From: a virus
Virus record (IMG/VR): IMGVR_UViG_3300036770_005778
Coordinates: 1-64,000 of that record
DNA: 64,000 bases
Reading direction: 5' to 3' (one strand)
Part shown: positions 36,418-47,119 of the stretch, piece by piece
Numbering within the stretch: position 1 is the first letter of the stretch
How the letters are laid out: the number at the start of each line of letters is the position of its first letter
Program-made: the position numbers and the translations under genes
The notes under the pieces: model-generated
What the model was told of the DNA's origin: nothing
Seen by the model: the letters and a program-made list of their open reading frames with translations, nothing else
The model's database searches: none

Positions 36418-37121
36418 TTGTTCCTCTTTTCTAACATTGCTCGTGTTTTTTGATATGATAATCCGAACGAATGATTCCATCGTCCAAAATATTTGTTCCA
36501 TTCTCGATCATCAAACAAATTGATATCCATATCCCAGTCCTCTTCAAACAAAGGAACGAACTGTGCAAGAGCCTGTCCTGCTTTTATATGAATCATATAA
36601 GGTTTTTCTTTTAATTTCAACAGGCAATTAATGTTACTGACATGTTGATATCTAAATTCTAAAACACCCGGAGATACTGTCCATTCTAGAGGATCTTTTT
36701 GATCCCAGATCGGAGGCATCATCAACCATTTTACCATTCGATCAGTTTTAAAATACCAAGGACTCATTAATTTGATATTGCAGTAACCGGGCCAAGCACC
36801 TGAAGCCTGGCTGTCGATATGATGTCTTTCCAATGGCAATTTAATTTCTTCTTTGCAGGCAAAATCGTAGGCAATGCTACCGTCTGGTCGTACTTCAATA
36901 TCGATATCTGACCACGATCTAATGACAAAACTATTTTTATAAAGATCTCGAAATCCGTTGCAATGCCTTACTGTGATCCATTCGGGATCTTTATTTAGAT
37001 TGAAATACCAATCGGGTAGAGATCCGCTACCTATCTGTGGGGGGAACAAATCGACCAAACTCTGCATAGTAGTGTAACAGTTAAGTTTGATTTTTTTCTT
37101 TTTAAAATTAAAAAAATTCAT
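36414..37121 (-). CDS. hypothetical protein (possible dUTPase-like beta fold)
   Basis: TVRHC.G..D...KLMSPW...IKAGQALAQFVP. Confidence 0.6.
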   Translation of the reverse strand: MNFFNFKKKKIKLNCYTTMQSLVDLFPPQIGSGSLPDWYFNLNKDPEWITVRHCNGFRDLYKNSFVIRSWSDIDIEVRPDGSIAYDFACKEEIKLPLERHHIDSQASGAWPGYCNIKLMSPWYFKTDRMVKWLMMPPIWDQKDPLEWTVSPGVLEFRYQHVSNINCLLKLKEKPYMIHIKAGQALAQFVPLFEEDWDMDINLFDDREWNKYFGRWNHSFGLSYQKTRAMLEKRNK

Positions 37122-38575
37122 TATGTGATAACCTTGGTTATTGTAAAAGGATATTTTGCATCCTTGTAAAATTTCTTTCGTTCTGTAAGATGCCGCTTGG
37201 CATACTTGCAGGTACTGGTTATGTCCCAGATCTGTACAAAGTCTTTGTCTTCGGCCTTACGTATTCCTCGGCCGATGCTTTGTATCACCCGAACAAAACT
37301 TTTGCCAGGTTCCAAAAGAACCAGGTTGAAAATGCGAGGTATGTTGATACCAACAGCGGCAACGCCATAAGTCGCCACGATGATTTTATTATCGCTGGTT
37401 TTGATTTCATCATATTCTTCTTTCCTATCATCTAACTTGACTGCACCGCTGATAAACACTGCGTCTTTTAAGATATCTACTAATTTATTTCCTGTATCGA
37501 TTCTATTAACTAATACCAGTGTGTTGCCTGCATCCGATATTTCTTGTATCTTATTAGCGATCCAGGCTATGCGTTTTTGGTCAGTGACTAGCCATGTGTA
37601 TTCTTCTTGATATGATCGAAATTCTTCGATGTCTGTGGTTTGTAATATATTGATTTCTAGTTTCGCCAGGACATCTTTCTGTTGGAGATCATAGGCAGAT
37701 ACTTGATTGATTACTGGTCCTATGCTGGATAGTAGACTCTGAAATTCCCATTTTTCTTTAGGTATAGTTCCGGTGAGACCCCATCGTATCGGACAATTGC
37801 GAAAATTCTGTGTGGCCAATCTCATCAATACATCTGCTTTTGCTTGGTGTACTTCGTCGACGATGATCGCTACGACCCCTTCACAGAATTCTGCTAGGCT
37901 CAATGTATCGTCATCGTAACTTTTCTTCTCTAGAACATTTAAACTCTGCCATGTGCAGATGGTGTGTGTCTTGCCTAGTTCTTTACGATCACCGAAATAT
38001 ACGCCGACGTCTAAGCCTAGATTTTTGTAGTCTTCTTCAGTTTGTACAACAAGCGATTTGTTCGGAACAATAACCATCGTACGGCCATATGGTTCACAAA
38101 GATGCGATAACGTCGCAGTAGTAATTGTTTTACCCGCACCTGTTGCTACTTCCTGTAATGATTGCGGATTCTCTAGAAATTTATTAACGACATCGTATTG
38201 ATAATCTCTTAGAACGATAGGTTGGCCGGCCATGGGATGACCTTCGGGCCATGTTTTACCTTGACTGCTCCAATAATTTTCATCAACTGGATTGAATTTT
38301 AATGATCGATTTTGTCGAAGATCTTCGACATCTATGTCATAGCCTGCTTCTTCTATAATAGGTAATATAATATCTAAATGAGCGAGATATCCGGTACCAC
38401 CGATGCCGAAAAATGTTTTAGTACCATCCCATCTGCCAAGTTTATAAGCGGGCATATGCCTTGCGTACGGTAAGTCATATTTTAACGAGTTAACTATTTT
38501 TCTTCGGACTTCAACACTGAGTCCTTCGACTTTGATATTAACTTCATCCTTAATAACTAGTTTACAAATTGACAA
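37121..38575 (-). CDS. uvsW: SF2 DNA helicase UvsW-like
   Basis: LRDYQ, ATGAGKT, DEVH, GLTGT, QSIGRGIR. Confidence 0.9.
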   Translation of the reverse strand: MSICKLVIKDEVNIKVEGLSVEVRRKIVNSLKYDLPYARHMPAYKLGRWDGTKTFFGIGGTGYLAHLDIILPIIEEAGYDIDVEDLRQNRSLKFNPVDENYWSSQGKTWPEGHPMAGQPIVLRDYQYDVVNKFLENPQSLQEVATGAGKTITTATLSHLCEPYGRTMVIVPNKSLVVQTEEDYKNLGLDVGVYFGDRKELGKTHTICTWQSLNVLEKKSYDDDTLSLAEFCEGVVAIIVDEVHQAKADVLMRLATQNFRNCPIRWGLTGTIPKEKWEFQSLLSSIGPVINQVSAYDLQQKDVLAKLEINILQTTDIEEFRSYQEEYTWLVTDQKRIAWIANKIQEISDAGNTLVLVNRIDTGNKLVDILKDAVFISGAVKLDDRKEEYDEIKTSDNKIIVATYGVAAVGINIPRIFNLVLLEPGKSFVRVIQSIGRGIRKAEDKDFVQIWDITSTCKYAKRHLTERKKFYKDAKYPFTITKVIT

Positions 38576-39764
38576 TTTTAAAATTCCTTATCACTGTTGG
38601 CTTTACCTCTCCTAGATAACACAAACAGGGATGATGAAAAATCCATGTAGAAGTAATAGAATCACTGAGTGGTGGTACATAACAGTTTGTACCTATAATT
38701 TTAACATCTATTTTATTTTTAAACAACCACTTAGGTGGTTTCTGTAAAAATATATATAGGTTGCCCTGATCGACTTTTCCGCCTAATTGATTTTCTTTGA
38801 TCCAACGGTTGATTTGAGAATCGTCATCGACTGTTTCTCTAAAACAGATCTTTATATCATTCTTGCAACCGGCGATTTCAGCATCAGAAACGAACCGTTT
38901 CAGCCAGCCAAACAAATCTTTGGTGTTTTTATCTAAAATCACAGCAGCCTTTCCGCCTACTGATTTGTACAATTCAAAAAATTTGGAATTTTCCTTTAAC
39001 CAAAATTGATTGGCAGTATTCGTAGAAATAACTTCGGTCAAGGTGATCGGAGATTTTTCTAATTTTAAGACAAATCCCATGGTTTTTGCCAGGAAGATAT
39101 CTTGTTCATAGACCGAAGTTCGACGAGACTGAAAGTTCGTGACTGCATCCTCTGTGGCATTGACTAATGTGACATTGCCTTGATCGATAGAGGCGTATGG
39201 TACTATCGAATCTTGCTGTTGCCATATTTCTTCGACACTGCTAACCAGGTCTAAAAACGTATTATCGATGTCAAAATTATGGTAATTTACAAATTCATTG
39301 ATGTGCATGATATTATGCTTGTAGGCTTCTACCATCCTCAATTTTTTTTCATGATTCCATCGATTATTTTCACTGTTTGATCTTTCGTCTTTGATTTCTT
39401 TGTCAAATGTTTCTTTTAAAGAAAACGGAAATTTTAGGCAAATCCAGATTTTTTTCTGGCTATCAACTTCGACGAATACCTTTTTAGATAAATCTAAAGT
39501 ACGAAAAGTTTTTTTCCAAGAAGGGTTTAAAATTTCAGATTTATAATCTAGACCAAGATCAAAACTTTCATTTTTATATCTAGATAAAATTTTTAGGAGA
39601 TAGTTGGCCTGGTTAACGGTCAATGATTTTTCTTCATCTACGCAATAATCATAGAGACTATGTGCAGCCATTAGGTCTTGTTTAGTGATCAATAATTGTT
39701 GTGCAACAATCAACGAGTAGAACTGATCAAAAATATCTTCTATATAAACGGGTTTCGACATCAT
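38562..39764 (-). CDS. hypothetical protein
   Basis: 400-aa ORF coupled to UvsW; TTGACT-N17-TAAACT directly upstream. Confidence 0.75.
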   Translation of the reverse strand: MMSKPVYIEDIFDQFYSLIVAQQLLITKQDLMAAHSLYDYCVDEEKSLTVNQANYLLKILSRYKNESFDLGLDYKSEILNPSWKKTFRTLDLSKKVFVEVDSQKKIWICLKFPFSLKETFDKEIKDERSNSENNRWNHEKKLRMVEAYKHNIMHINEFVNYHNFDIDNTFLDLVSSVEEIWQQQDSIVPYASIDQGNVTLVNATEDAVTNFQSRRTSVYEQDIFLAKTMGFVLKLEKSPITLTEVISTNTANQFWLKENSKFFELYKSVGGKAAVILDKNTKDLFGWLKRFVSDAEIAGCKNDIKICFRETVDDDSQINRWIKENQLGGKVDQGNLYIFLQKPPKWLFKNKIDVKIIGTNCYVPPLSDSITSTWIFHHPCLCYLGEVKPTVIRNFKIVNL

Positions 39765-39800
39765 AATAGTTTACTATAAATCTTTGTCTAAGTCAAGTGT

Positions 39801-40631
39801 TCAAGATCTAGGAAAAATCCTGGTAAAAGGCAGACCCGATTGTATTTCTGGAATGGTCCATTCGGTATGACATAATTTTAAAAACCATTCTTCTCTGTCA
39901 GGTAATTTCGGATCTTCTAAATTGACCCATCGATCCGAAACTGGATATGCAAGGCTAGACTGATCGCAGATAACTGGGTTTCCTTCTATGGCTGATCGAA
40001 CCGCTGGACCGCTGTTAAAGTTGATCACACAATGGTAAGAATAGTCTATGTCAAAATCGTCATAGGAATTTGGTATTTTAACAGGTCTAACTAGTCGTGT
40101 GCCCGGCAAATTTATATTAATAGGCGATCGAGGATGGGGCCTAATTTCAATAGGACGATCAGAATACTGTCTGATCTGATCTACAGTGTCTGCGACCCAT
40201 CGAACCATGCTTGGCTGACCTTGCCACTGAAGGCTGTGTTCGTGTTGGCATGCGATAAGAATGTTTTCTTTTCGATTCTCGTTAATTGGTCGTAGGACTG
40301 CACCTAGTTTTCTAGGACGATCAAGGTCGAGATCGCAGTCGTTGCCGAATTTTCCAAGACCATGGATATGATCGAGACTCAATCTCCATGTTCGGCCTCT
40401 GAAGAGATTCCCTACCTCTATGATCATCACAGGCCTGTTTTGATTTTTAGCCTGGTCGAAAACGAATTTATTAGATTTCATCCGACCATACCATAGCACC
40501 GACCATATTACATCAACGTCTTGATGGTCGTTGACCACTGCCATGCCGATATTTTTTAGCCCTTGTTCAACAGCAGCGAAGACTGGCGGACTATTGAGAG
40601 CACCGTGCTCTCTCCATAATTTGAATTTCAT
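39801..40631 (-). CDS. GT-B glycosyltransferase-like (capsule-synthesis/KpsS-like) paralog 1
   Basis: RPHP...NFNSGPAV.SAIEG.P...W..L...EW...EI..G. Confidence 0.65.
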   Translation of the reverse strand: MKFKLWREHGALNSPPVFAAVEQGLKNIGMAVVNDHQDVDVIWSVLWYGRMKSNKFVFDQAKNQNRPVMIIEVGNLFRGRTWRLSLDHIHGLGKFGNDCDLDLDRPRKLGAVLRPINENRKENILIACQHEHSLQWQGQPSMVRWVADTVDQIRQYSDRPIEIRPHPRSPININLPGTRLVRPVKIPNSYDDFDIDYSYHCVINFNSGPAVRSAIEGNPVICDQSSLAYPVSDRWVNLEDPKLPDREEWFLKLCHTEWTIPEIQSGLPFTRIFPRS

Positions 40632-40669
40632 AATGTCTTATAAATAACCTAGTATTTAATGATAAAATT

Positions 40670-41065
40670 ATGAGTAAATTCGCCAAACGGATAAAAAAGT
40701 TAAACAAAAAAACCAGAAACATCCTTGTAGCAGGAAATGCTTGGGGTAATCTATCAGAACTGGTGGATTCGTTTGGAACTATATTCTTAATCGACGACAA
40801 CAAAAGAATACTACGTGGAAAAAATATCGTTTACCGTGAGAATTTTGACAATATTTCTCATCTCTATGACGTCGATACTGTTTTAATCAATTTAGATCAT
40901 GAAAATCATATCATCGAACTTTTGCCATTGTTAAAAAGATGGAATTCTCTCATAGTTATCGAAGGACCTGCATTGATTTCTCAAGAAAATCAAAAATTTC
41001 TCAAATCTCACAACTATCAAATCGTCGATGTTTATAAAAATTGCTATGTCTGGAAATTAAGATGA
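40670..41065 (+). CDS. hypothetical protein
   Basis: 131-aa ORF, TAAATA upstream. Confidence 0.6.
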   Translation: MSKFAKRIKKLNKKTRNILVAGNAWGNLSELVDSFGTIFLIDDNKRILRGKNIVYRENFDNISHLYDVDTVLINLDHENHIIELLPLLKRWNSLIVIEGPALISQENQKFLKSHNYQIVDVYKNCYVWKLR

Positions 41066-41113
41066 CCAGAAATGTACGCTATAAATAAAACAATATTTTA
41101 ATCTGGAAAAAAA

Positions 41114-42124
41114 ATGAAAAAAATCGCATTTGTTACAGGAATGACTGGCCAAGATGGTCCCTACCTTGCAAAATTACTGATTGAAAAAGGCTACAAGGTA
41201 TATGGATTGATAAAACGATATTCAAATCCCAATCTTGACAATATTAGATATTTAGAAATCGAAAATGACATCGAATTAATCACTGGAGATATCACTGATG
41301 ATGGAAATATGAATCATCTAGTGAAAAATATCAGACCGAATGAATTTTATAATCTGGCTGCCCAGAGTTTTGTCGGCGCCAGTTGGGATCTCAACAAATT
41401 AACTACCGAAGTCAACGCCATCGGTCCGTTAAATATTCTCAATGCTATCAAACAACACAGCCCTGAAACTAGATTTTATCAGGCTTCTACTTCAGAGATG
41501 TACGGAAACAGCATAGAAATTTCAGGAGGTCAGCAAGACGAATCAACGCCGTTCTGGCCACGAAGTCCTTATGGTGTTGCTAAACTATACGCCTATTGGA
41601 TGACCATAAATTTTAGAGAAAGTTATAGTTTGCATGCATCGAATGGTATTTTATTCAATCACGAAAGTCCTATCCGTGGTAAAGAATTCGTCACAAGAAA
41701 AATCACAGACGGAGTCGCTAAAATCAAATGTGGACTAGCAGATAGCATCACGTTAGGTAATCTAGATGCCAAACGAGATTGGGGATTTGCTGGCGATTTT
41801 GTCGAAGCAATGTGGCTGATGTTGCAACAAAATGAACCAGGTGATTATGTTGTGGCCACAGGTCAGCAGTATACTATTGGGGATTTACTAGAACGTGCTT
41901 TTAAATACGCCGGCATCGGCGATTGGCAGAAATATGTCAAGACTGATCCGAGATTTAAACGTCCTGCTGAACTTCACAGTCTCTGTGGTAGTCCTAAAAA
42001 GGCAGAAACCGTTTTAGGTTGGCAACGACGCACTGATTTTGACACTTTGGTAAAAATGATGGTCGAAGCCGACATTAAACGATGCGGCGGCAATGTTGAT
42101 GATTGGACTTTGCAAACTAAATGA
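41114..42124 (+). CDS. gmd: GDP-mannose 4,6-dehydratase
   Basis: TGMTGQDG, NLAAQSFV, QASTSE, PRSPYGVAK, NHESP, RDWG. Confidence 0.95.
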   Translation: MKKIAFVTGMTGQDGPYLAKLLIEKGYKVYGLIKRYSNPNLDNIRYLEIENDIELITGDITDDGNMNHLVKNIRPNEFYNLAAQSFVGASWDLNKLTTEVNAIGPLNILNAIKQHSPETRFYQASTSEMYGNSIEISGGQQDESTPFWPRSPYGVAKLYAYWMTINFRESYSLHASNGILFNHESPIRGKEFVTRKITDGVAKIKCGLADSITLGNLDAKRDWGFAGDFVEAMWLMLQQNEPGDYVVATGQQYTIGDLLERAFKYAGIGDWQKYVKTDPRFKRPAELHSLCGSPKKAETVLGWQRRTDFDTLVKMMVEADIKRCGGNVDDWTLQTK

Positions 42125-42876
42125 AATTTACACTCCCTTACGAAAAACAAGGTTATAGCCAATACGGAGAAACTGGTATAATAGAGTTCTTAACTGAAAA
42201 AATTATCAATCCGAAAAACAATTTTGTTGAGATTGGGTTTGGCACTGGGAATCAAAATATGACTCTCGATCTATTAGACCGTGGATTTACCGGAATAGGT
42301 ATCGATGTACGAGATTGGAATCCTTCGACTCCGAATAGATGGGGAGATAATATTCATAAAATTCAAGCACTCATTAATCCGGATAATATTTTTGATTTGT
42401 TAAAAACATCAGATCAAAATTGTGATTTTTTTAGTTTAGACATTGATAGTTTTGATTTCGAAATAGCGAAAACGTTAGTTGAAAAAAATTTTCATCCTTC
42501 GGTAATTTGTGTTGAAATAAATCCTTGGTTTGGTTCAGATGTTGAAGCTAGTTTTCCTTATATTGCTGCGACAGGAAAAAAAACATATACACGAAGACAT
42601 TTTCGAGGGGCTAGTCTTCAAAAATACATAAACTTATTTAAAAAATACAATTATGAATTCTTTACTTTGAACAGTTGGTCTTATCATAACGGATTTTTTT
42701 ATGACCCGAGTTGTTTAACATCTTTTTCGGCTCCGAGAATTACTAAAATAAACGAAAATAATTCTACAGAATTTTTAGATCCTGTAATTTACGATCCTTT
42801 GTGGTTAAGGGCTGCTATAGAATCGCATAATGTATGGAAAAATTATGTAGATATAATTTATAGCGAGTATAAATGA
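42121..42876 (+). CDS. FkbM-like methyltransferase
   Basis: SQYGETGI, FVEIG, SLDIDS.D, VEIN, GASL. Confidence 0.7.
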   Translation: MKFTLPYEKQGYSQYGETGIIEFLTEKIINPKNNFVEIGFGTGNQNMTLDLLDRGFTGIGIDVRDWNPSTPNRWGDNIHKIQALINPDNIFDLLKTSDQNCDFFSLDIDSFDFEIAKTLVEKNFHPSVICVEINPWFGSDVEASFPYIAATGKKTYTRRHFRGASLQKYINLFKKYNYEFFTLNSWSYHNGFFYDPSCLTSFSAPRITKINENNSTEFLDPVIYDPLWLRAAIESHNVWKNYVDIIYSEYK

Positions 42877-43697
42877 AAAAAGCCGTAGTTACCACTTTCC
42901 ACAAAGAAGGATACGACAAATATGCCAAGAGGATGATTCAGACATTCTTGGAAACTTGGCCGGAAGATATTACGTTATATGCCTATCCTCAAGATCATGC
43001 TATAGAAGAATCTGCCAACAATCTTGTGGTCAGAGATTTACATGATTCTTGTCCCGATCTTGTTGCTTTTAAAAACAAATGGGGTAATGATCCCAAGGCC
43101 AAGGGTGAAGTGGCCACAGGACCCGTTGATCGAAAAGGGAAACAGCCCGGAATAGGCTTTCGCTGGGATGCTATAAGGTTTAGCCATAAAATATATGCTG
43201 TCTGCCATGCGGCTCGTAACACAGATGCAGATATATTGCTATGGATGGACGCTGACATGATCTGTCATACTCCAATTCCTCATCATTTCATTGACAGAAT
43301 GTGCCAACCCCATATCGGTTTAGGTTTTTTAGGCAGAGAAAAAAAGTTCACGGAATGCGGTCTATATTATATGAACTTAAAAGATTCTCACACCCAGAAA
43401 TTTCTGTTTGAATTTCAACGAGCCTACGATACAGGAAGATTATTTCAGTTCAGCGAATGGAATGATTGTTGGGTATTTGACGAAGTTCGAAAAGAAATCA
43501 AACAGCAACATCCGGCATGGCAGTGGAACGATTGGTGCAAGGGTCTAATCAAAGAAGAAGGGCATCCGTTGGTCAATTCTGAATGGGGCGCCTACTTAGA
43601 TCACCTCAAAGGTAATAGGAAGAATTCAGGAAAAAGCCTAGCGTCTGATTTTATTAGGCCAAGGACTGAAAAATATTGGACTACTCGTCAGAGTTAA
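42873..43697 (+). CDS. GT-A glycosyltransferase-like paralog 1
   Basis: VVTTF, RFSHK, WMDAD, ECG, DHLKG. Confidence 0.75.
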   Translation: MKKAVVTTFHKEGYDKYAKRMIQTFLETWPEDITLYAYPQDHAIEESANNLVVRDLHDSCPDLVAFKNKWGNDPKAKGEVATGPVDRKGKQPGIGFRWDAIRFSHKIYAVCHAARNTDADILLWMDADMICHTPIPHHFIDRMCQPHIGLGFLGREKKFTECGLYYMNLKDSHTQKFLFEFQRAYDTGRLFQFSEWNDCWVFDEVRKEIKQQHPAWQWNDWCKGLIKEEGHPLVNSEWGAYLDHLKGNRKNSGKSLASDFIRPRTEKYWTTRQS

Positions 43698-44397
43698 ACT
43701 CTGCTTTGCTATGCTTGGCCTTATAGTGTTCCATATAAGGGCCTAGTACAGTATGTCGCATCGGAGTTTTGTAAGGTTTGACAAAATCTTTACAAAGATC
43801 TAGTCCCGGAGCTTTCAATTTCTCAAATACATAACCGTACACATCGTTATCGTAGAATCTACGAAGATCTTTGTGGTCGTGTTCTACATAGTGTCGTCTG
43901 TATTCTTTTCTAAATTCATCAAATAGCGGATGTTGTGTGTTGACTGCAAAAAATCCTGTTTCTGGTACGAACCAACGACCTGAAGTTCCATCTTTAGAAG
44001 ATAGATAAGTCACACCCATGTGTGTGCTTAATATATCGTCAGGTAATATAGAGTTTATAAATTTTCTGTCTAAAAAGTTTATATGAAGAACATCGGCGTC
44101 TAACCATATGATTCTATCTGCAGATGAATTATACATCGCATGTATAAAACTCCATGCTTTTTTAGCAAATTTCTTTACTTGCTTGTGTGCAGTCTCTTGG
44201 AATTCAAAATATTCTTTTTCAAATTTATCGAATGATATCTGCTTTAATCTAGGATTATGCGGTAATTTAAATTCTTCAACGTAACAGGTCAAAGTCATTT
44301 CTTTTGGCCAATACTTTAACCAAGTTTCGACAGCATCTTTACCTATAAGGTCATAGTAATGTTGATTAAAACTAGTAATAACTTCTATATTAGACAT
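43681..44397 (-). CDS. GT-A glycosyltransferase-like paralog 2
   Basis: VITSF, KFAKK, WLDAD, ETGF, EHYK. Confidence 0.75.
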   Translation of the reverse strand: MSNIEVITSFNQHYYDLIGKDAVETWLKYWPKEMTLTCYVEEFKLPHNPRLKQISFDKFEKEYFEFQETAHKQVKKFAKKAWSFIHAMYNSSADRIIWLDADVLHINFLDRKFINSILPDDILSTHMGVTYLSSKDGTSGRWFVPETGFFAVNTQHPLFDEFRKEYRRHYVEHDHKDLRRFYDNDVYGYVFEKLKAPGLDLCKDFVKPYKTPMRHTVLGPYMEHYKAKHSKAEFNSDE

Positions 44398-45325
44398 AAT
44401 TCCTCATATGACTCCAACACTCTCCGTTTCCAATTTCACCGAAGTTCCAATGAAACATACTGATTCTTTCAACCCACTGCTGTCTATCAAACAGCATAGG
44501 AGTTTCTATGTTTTTTAGATCTGTGTTAGCGATCTCTCGACACTGACTTCTTTCTGGATCTGTTACGAAAATCGGATACCCTTCTATGGCTGCACCGACT
44601 ACGGGACTAGAGTTATGATTCACCACGGCCCAACACTTGTGAAGATCGTCCATCAACGTCGCATTAGGTTTCGATAGCCTAACATTTTTAAGAATTCCGA
44701 TTTTATTCATTAAATTTTTAGGACTCAGATATGCCCCAGAACCTTTATCACCGGGATGTGCCCGGATAACTATTTCTCGATCAGTGTACTTTCTTAACTC
44801 CCTTATAGTTGACGCGGTCCAATCTACGACATCGTATCCGGCCATGCTCCAACCGCCGTTACGCTGAAGACATAAAAGTATATGATGGCCGTTTTTTCTA
44901 TAATCTTTCATGGTTATACCGCTGTTCTGGGATAAACGTTTCCATCTATCAGGATCTACCTTATCATCGCAATAGATTCCGGTGTTTGGAAATATACCGT
45001 TAAAACTGTATCTAAGATAATGCAATGGATTTTCTTTATTTGCATAAAGAAACAGATTACTATCTGCTAACAATACTTTTTTCTTATGCGATAATTGATG
45101 ATCAATAATAGATTTTCTTAATTTTAAATGCGGAACGTCTTTAGAATCTTCATGTACCCAACCTACGCTTAGGGCTACATCACTATCGATCAAGGTATGA
45201 CCTTGATGTAACAAGATTTCGTCGCCGGCTGCTAGCACTCCTTGAGAAAATCTAGGAAGGATTTCTCCTTTTTCGATATTCTTGTTGTTAAGAGGCAAAC
45301 AAGACAGGTAAGCAACTACTTTCAT
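44390..45325 (-). CDS. GT-B glycosyltransferase-like paralog 2
   Basis: LLCLQ, RAHP, HNSSPVVGAAIEGYP. Confidence 0.7.
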   Translation of the reverse strand: MKVVAYLSCLPLNNKNIEKGEILPRFSQGVLAAGDEILLHQGHTLIDSDVALSVGWVHEDSKDVPHLKLRKSIIDHQLSHKKKVLLADSNLFLYANKENPLHYLRYSFNGIFPNTGIYCDDKVDPDRWKRLSQNSGITMKDYRKNGHHILLCLQRNGGWSMAGYDVVDWTASTIRELRKYTDREIVIRAHPGDKGSGAYLSPKNLMNKIGILKNVRLSKPNATLMDDLHKCWAVVNHNSSPVVGAAIEGYPIFVTDPERSQCREIANTDLKNIETPMLFDRQQWVERISMFHWNFGEIGNGECWSHMRNYV

Positions 45326-46311
45326 TTTTTCTTCTTTTTAGATTCTTCTGGAACTGAAAGACTCTGTGCGTATGCTGTGCTTTCTACGATTGGCTGGAGA
45401 TGTGACCATGCGATGCCTTCTCTCATTTCGGCCACACTCCATTGCGAATAGGCTAGATTAAGTAACCATTTTTTTATCTCGTCATCTGAAGGAATTTTTA
45501 TGGAATTTATTTCATCTGGATAGCGAGAACTGATCTCGAACGTAAAATTACCCGGATCGCAGGCAATAGTCGGGATTCCGAACAATACCGAATCTATAGC
45601 CGATCCGCTGGTATAAGAAACTGAGCAATAAGCACCGTCGAGAGTTTTTTGTAGAGTCGTTTCTTTCGGGTCTACGAATTCTATGTTTTCGATTTTGTTT
45701 TTATGCAGATCAAAAAAGAAATCATAAAATTCCTCGCCGGCACGCAATGGAGCCAATGGATGCGGTCTGACCACGATTTTTTTATCTGTTTGTGTTCTTA
45801 TAGATTCTACCGTAGATTTAGCCCAAGAATATATGTTCGCACCTCTTAAAGACGCATCGGCTGGTAATTGCAGTAATAATACAATATGACCGTTTTTACT
45901 GTAATCCCATCCTCGCCAACTCGCTCCTATTTTTTGCAATCTAGAAGGATCGTAGGTCTCAGACGGATCAGTAAAGAATCCCTGATTATTCAAAAATCCA
46001 TTAACTCCGATTCTGTAGTAGGTATTTTCTTCTTGTACTTTTCTATTCAACAATGGTGTTTCAATGCAGACAAAAACTTTAGAATTAAAGGCGACGCTAG
46101 ATCTAACTGCATGGTGTCCCTTTTCTCTGGCCTTCCAAGATCCTATCATCAAAGCAACATCACAGGGGACATAGACCTCGTCGAGATCATATTCTACTTC
46201 ATAGTCTAAACCTTTTTCATTTGAATAACGTTCAATACCTTCGGTAAACTTCATTAATATCTGCTGTTCTTGAAAATCTCTAGCAGTTTGTATAAAAGAT
46301 CTAATTTTCAT
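45322..46311 (-). CDS. GT-B glycosyltransferase-like paralog 3
   Basis: LLLQLPADAS, RPHP, YTSGSAIDSVLFGIP, LAYSQW. Confidence 0.7.
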   Translation of the reverse strand: MKIRSFIQTARDFQEQQILMKFTEGIERYSNEKGLDYEVEYDLDEVYVPCDVALMIGSWKAREKGHHAVRSSVAFNSKVFVCIETPLLNRKVQEENTYYRIGVNGFLNNQGFFTDPSETYDPSRLQKIGASWRGWDYSKNGHIVLLLQLPADASLRGANIYSWAKSTVESIRTQTDKKIVVRPHPLAPLRAGEEFYDFFFDLHKNKIENIEFVDPKETTLQKTLDGAYCSVSYTSGSAIDSVLFGIPTIACDPGNFTFEISSRYPDEINSIKIPSDDEIKKWLLNLAYSQWSVAEMREGIAWSHLQPIVESTAYAQSLSVPEESKKKKK

Positions 46312-47107
46312 TAAGAATTCTCCAGGCAGTACCATCTTTTAATTCGTTGACATGAAATTGTCCGTAAGCGAGATGGCTGGCCCATGCATATACTTTATCC
46401 TTTTCTGGGTAGTAGGGTTTTTCAATCTGACTTAGATCTTGAGAAGTGACTGGTTTAGCGGCATGTGTAGGAGACAGCGTGAATGCAGGATAGCCATACA
46501 TCACTGCTTCAGTGGCAGCATTGCTATTGAATGTTACTAGACAATGCGTGTCATCGTCTAATACTTCTTTCAAAGAATTGTTGTGCATCCTTTCGACTCT
46601 GCTCTTTACACGTTCTCTGATCACGATAGGTCTATCTGTATATTTCTTTATAATTTCTATGGTTTCATTTAACCAGTCATCTAATTCTAGACCATAAAAT
46701 TTCATAGGTTTTTCATCGGGCTTCGCAATAACTATTTTTCTTCCGCCTTTTTTCCAGGGATAAAGAGGTATCGCTAATTTTTTAAATCGATCATCTGGTC
46801 TAGGAACTATTTCATTATCGTGTTGTAAATCATTTTTAACGATTCTGTGATAATATTTCCACCCCATGGGATTAATAGCACTGCGCTGATTTCCCATATA
46901 GCCAGTATCCATAAAATAAAAATCTCTGTTGTACAACCAACATTTTTTCATTATTTTATGTTTTAATATTCCTCGTAGAACGATAGGATCTTCCGAATCA
47001 TTGTATTCAAAGTCGTCGGTGTTTATGACTCTTCCGCCACTACCTATAGCGAACATATTAATATATTCGTCTTTGCCGTCTTTGCTGAGAAATATCCAAT
47101 TATTCAT
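46301..47107 (-). CDS. GT-B glycosyltransferase-like paralog 4
   Basis: DTGY, TDRPI.IR, FNSNAATEAVMYGYP, LAYGQF. Confidence 0.7.
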   Translation of the reverse strand: MNNWIFLSKDGKDEYINMFAIGSGGRVINTDDFEYNDSEDPIVLRGILKHKIMKKCWLYNRDFYFMDTGYMGNQRSAINPMGWKYYHRIVKNDLQHDNEIVPRPDDRFKKLAIPLYPWKKGGRKIVIAKPDEKPMKFYGLELDDWLNETIEIIKKYTDRPIVIRERVKSRVERMHNNSLKEVLDDDTHCLVTFNSNAATEAVMYGYPAFTLSPTHAAKPVTSQDLSQIEKPYYPEKDKVYAWASHLAYGQFHVNELKDGTAWRILNEN

Positions 47108-47119
47108 TTTCTAATCTGG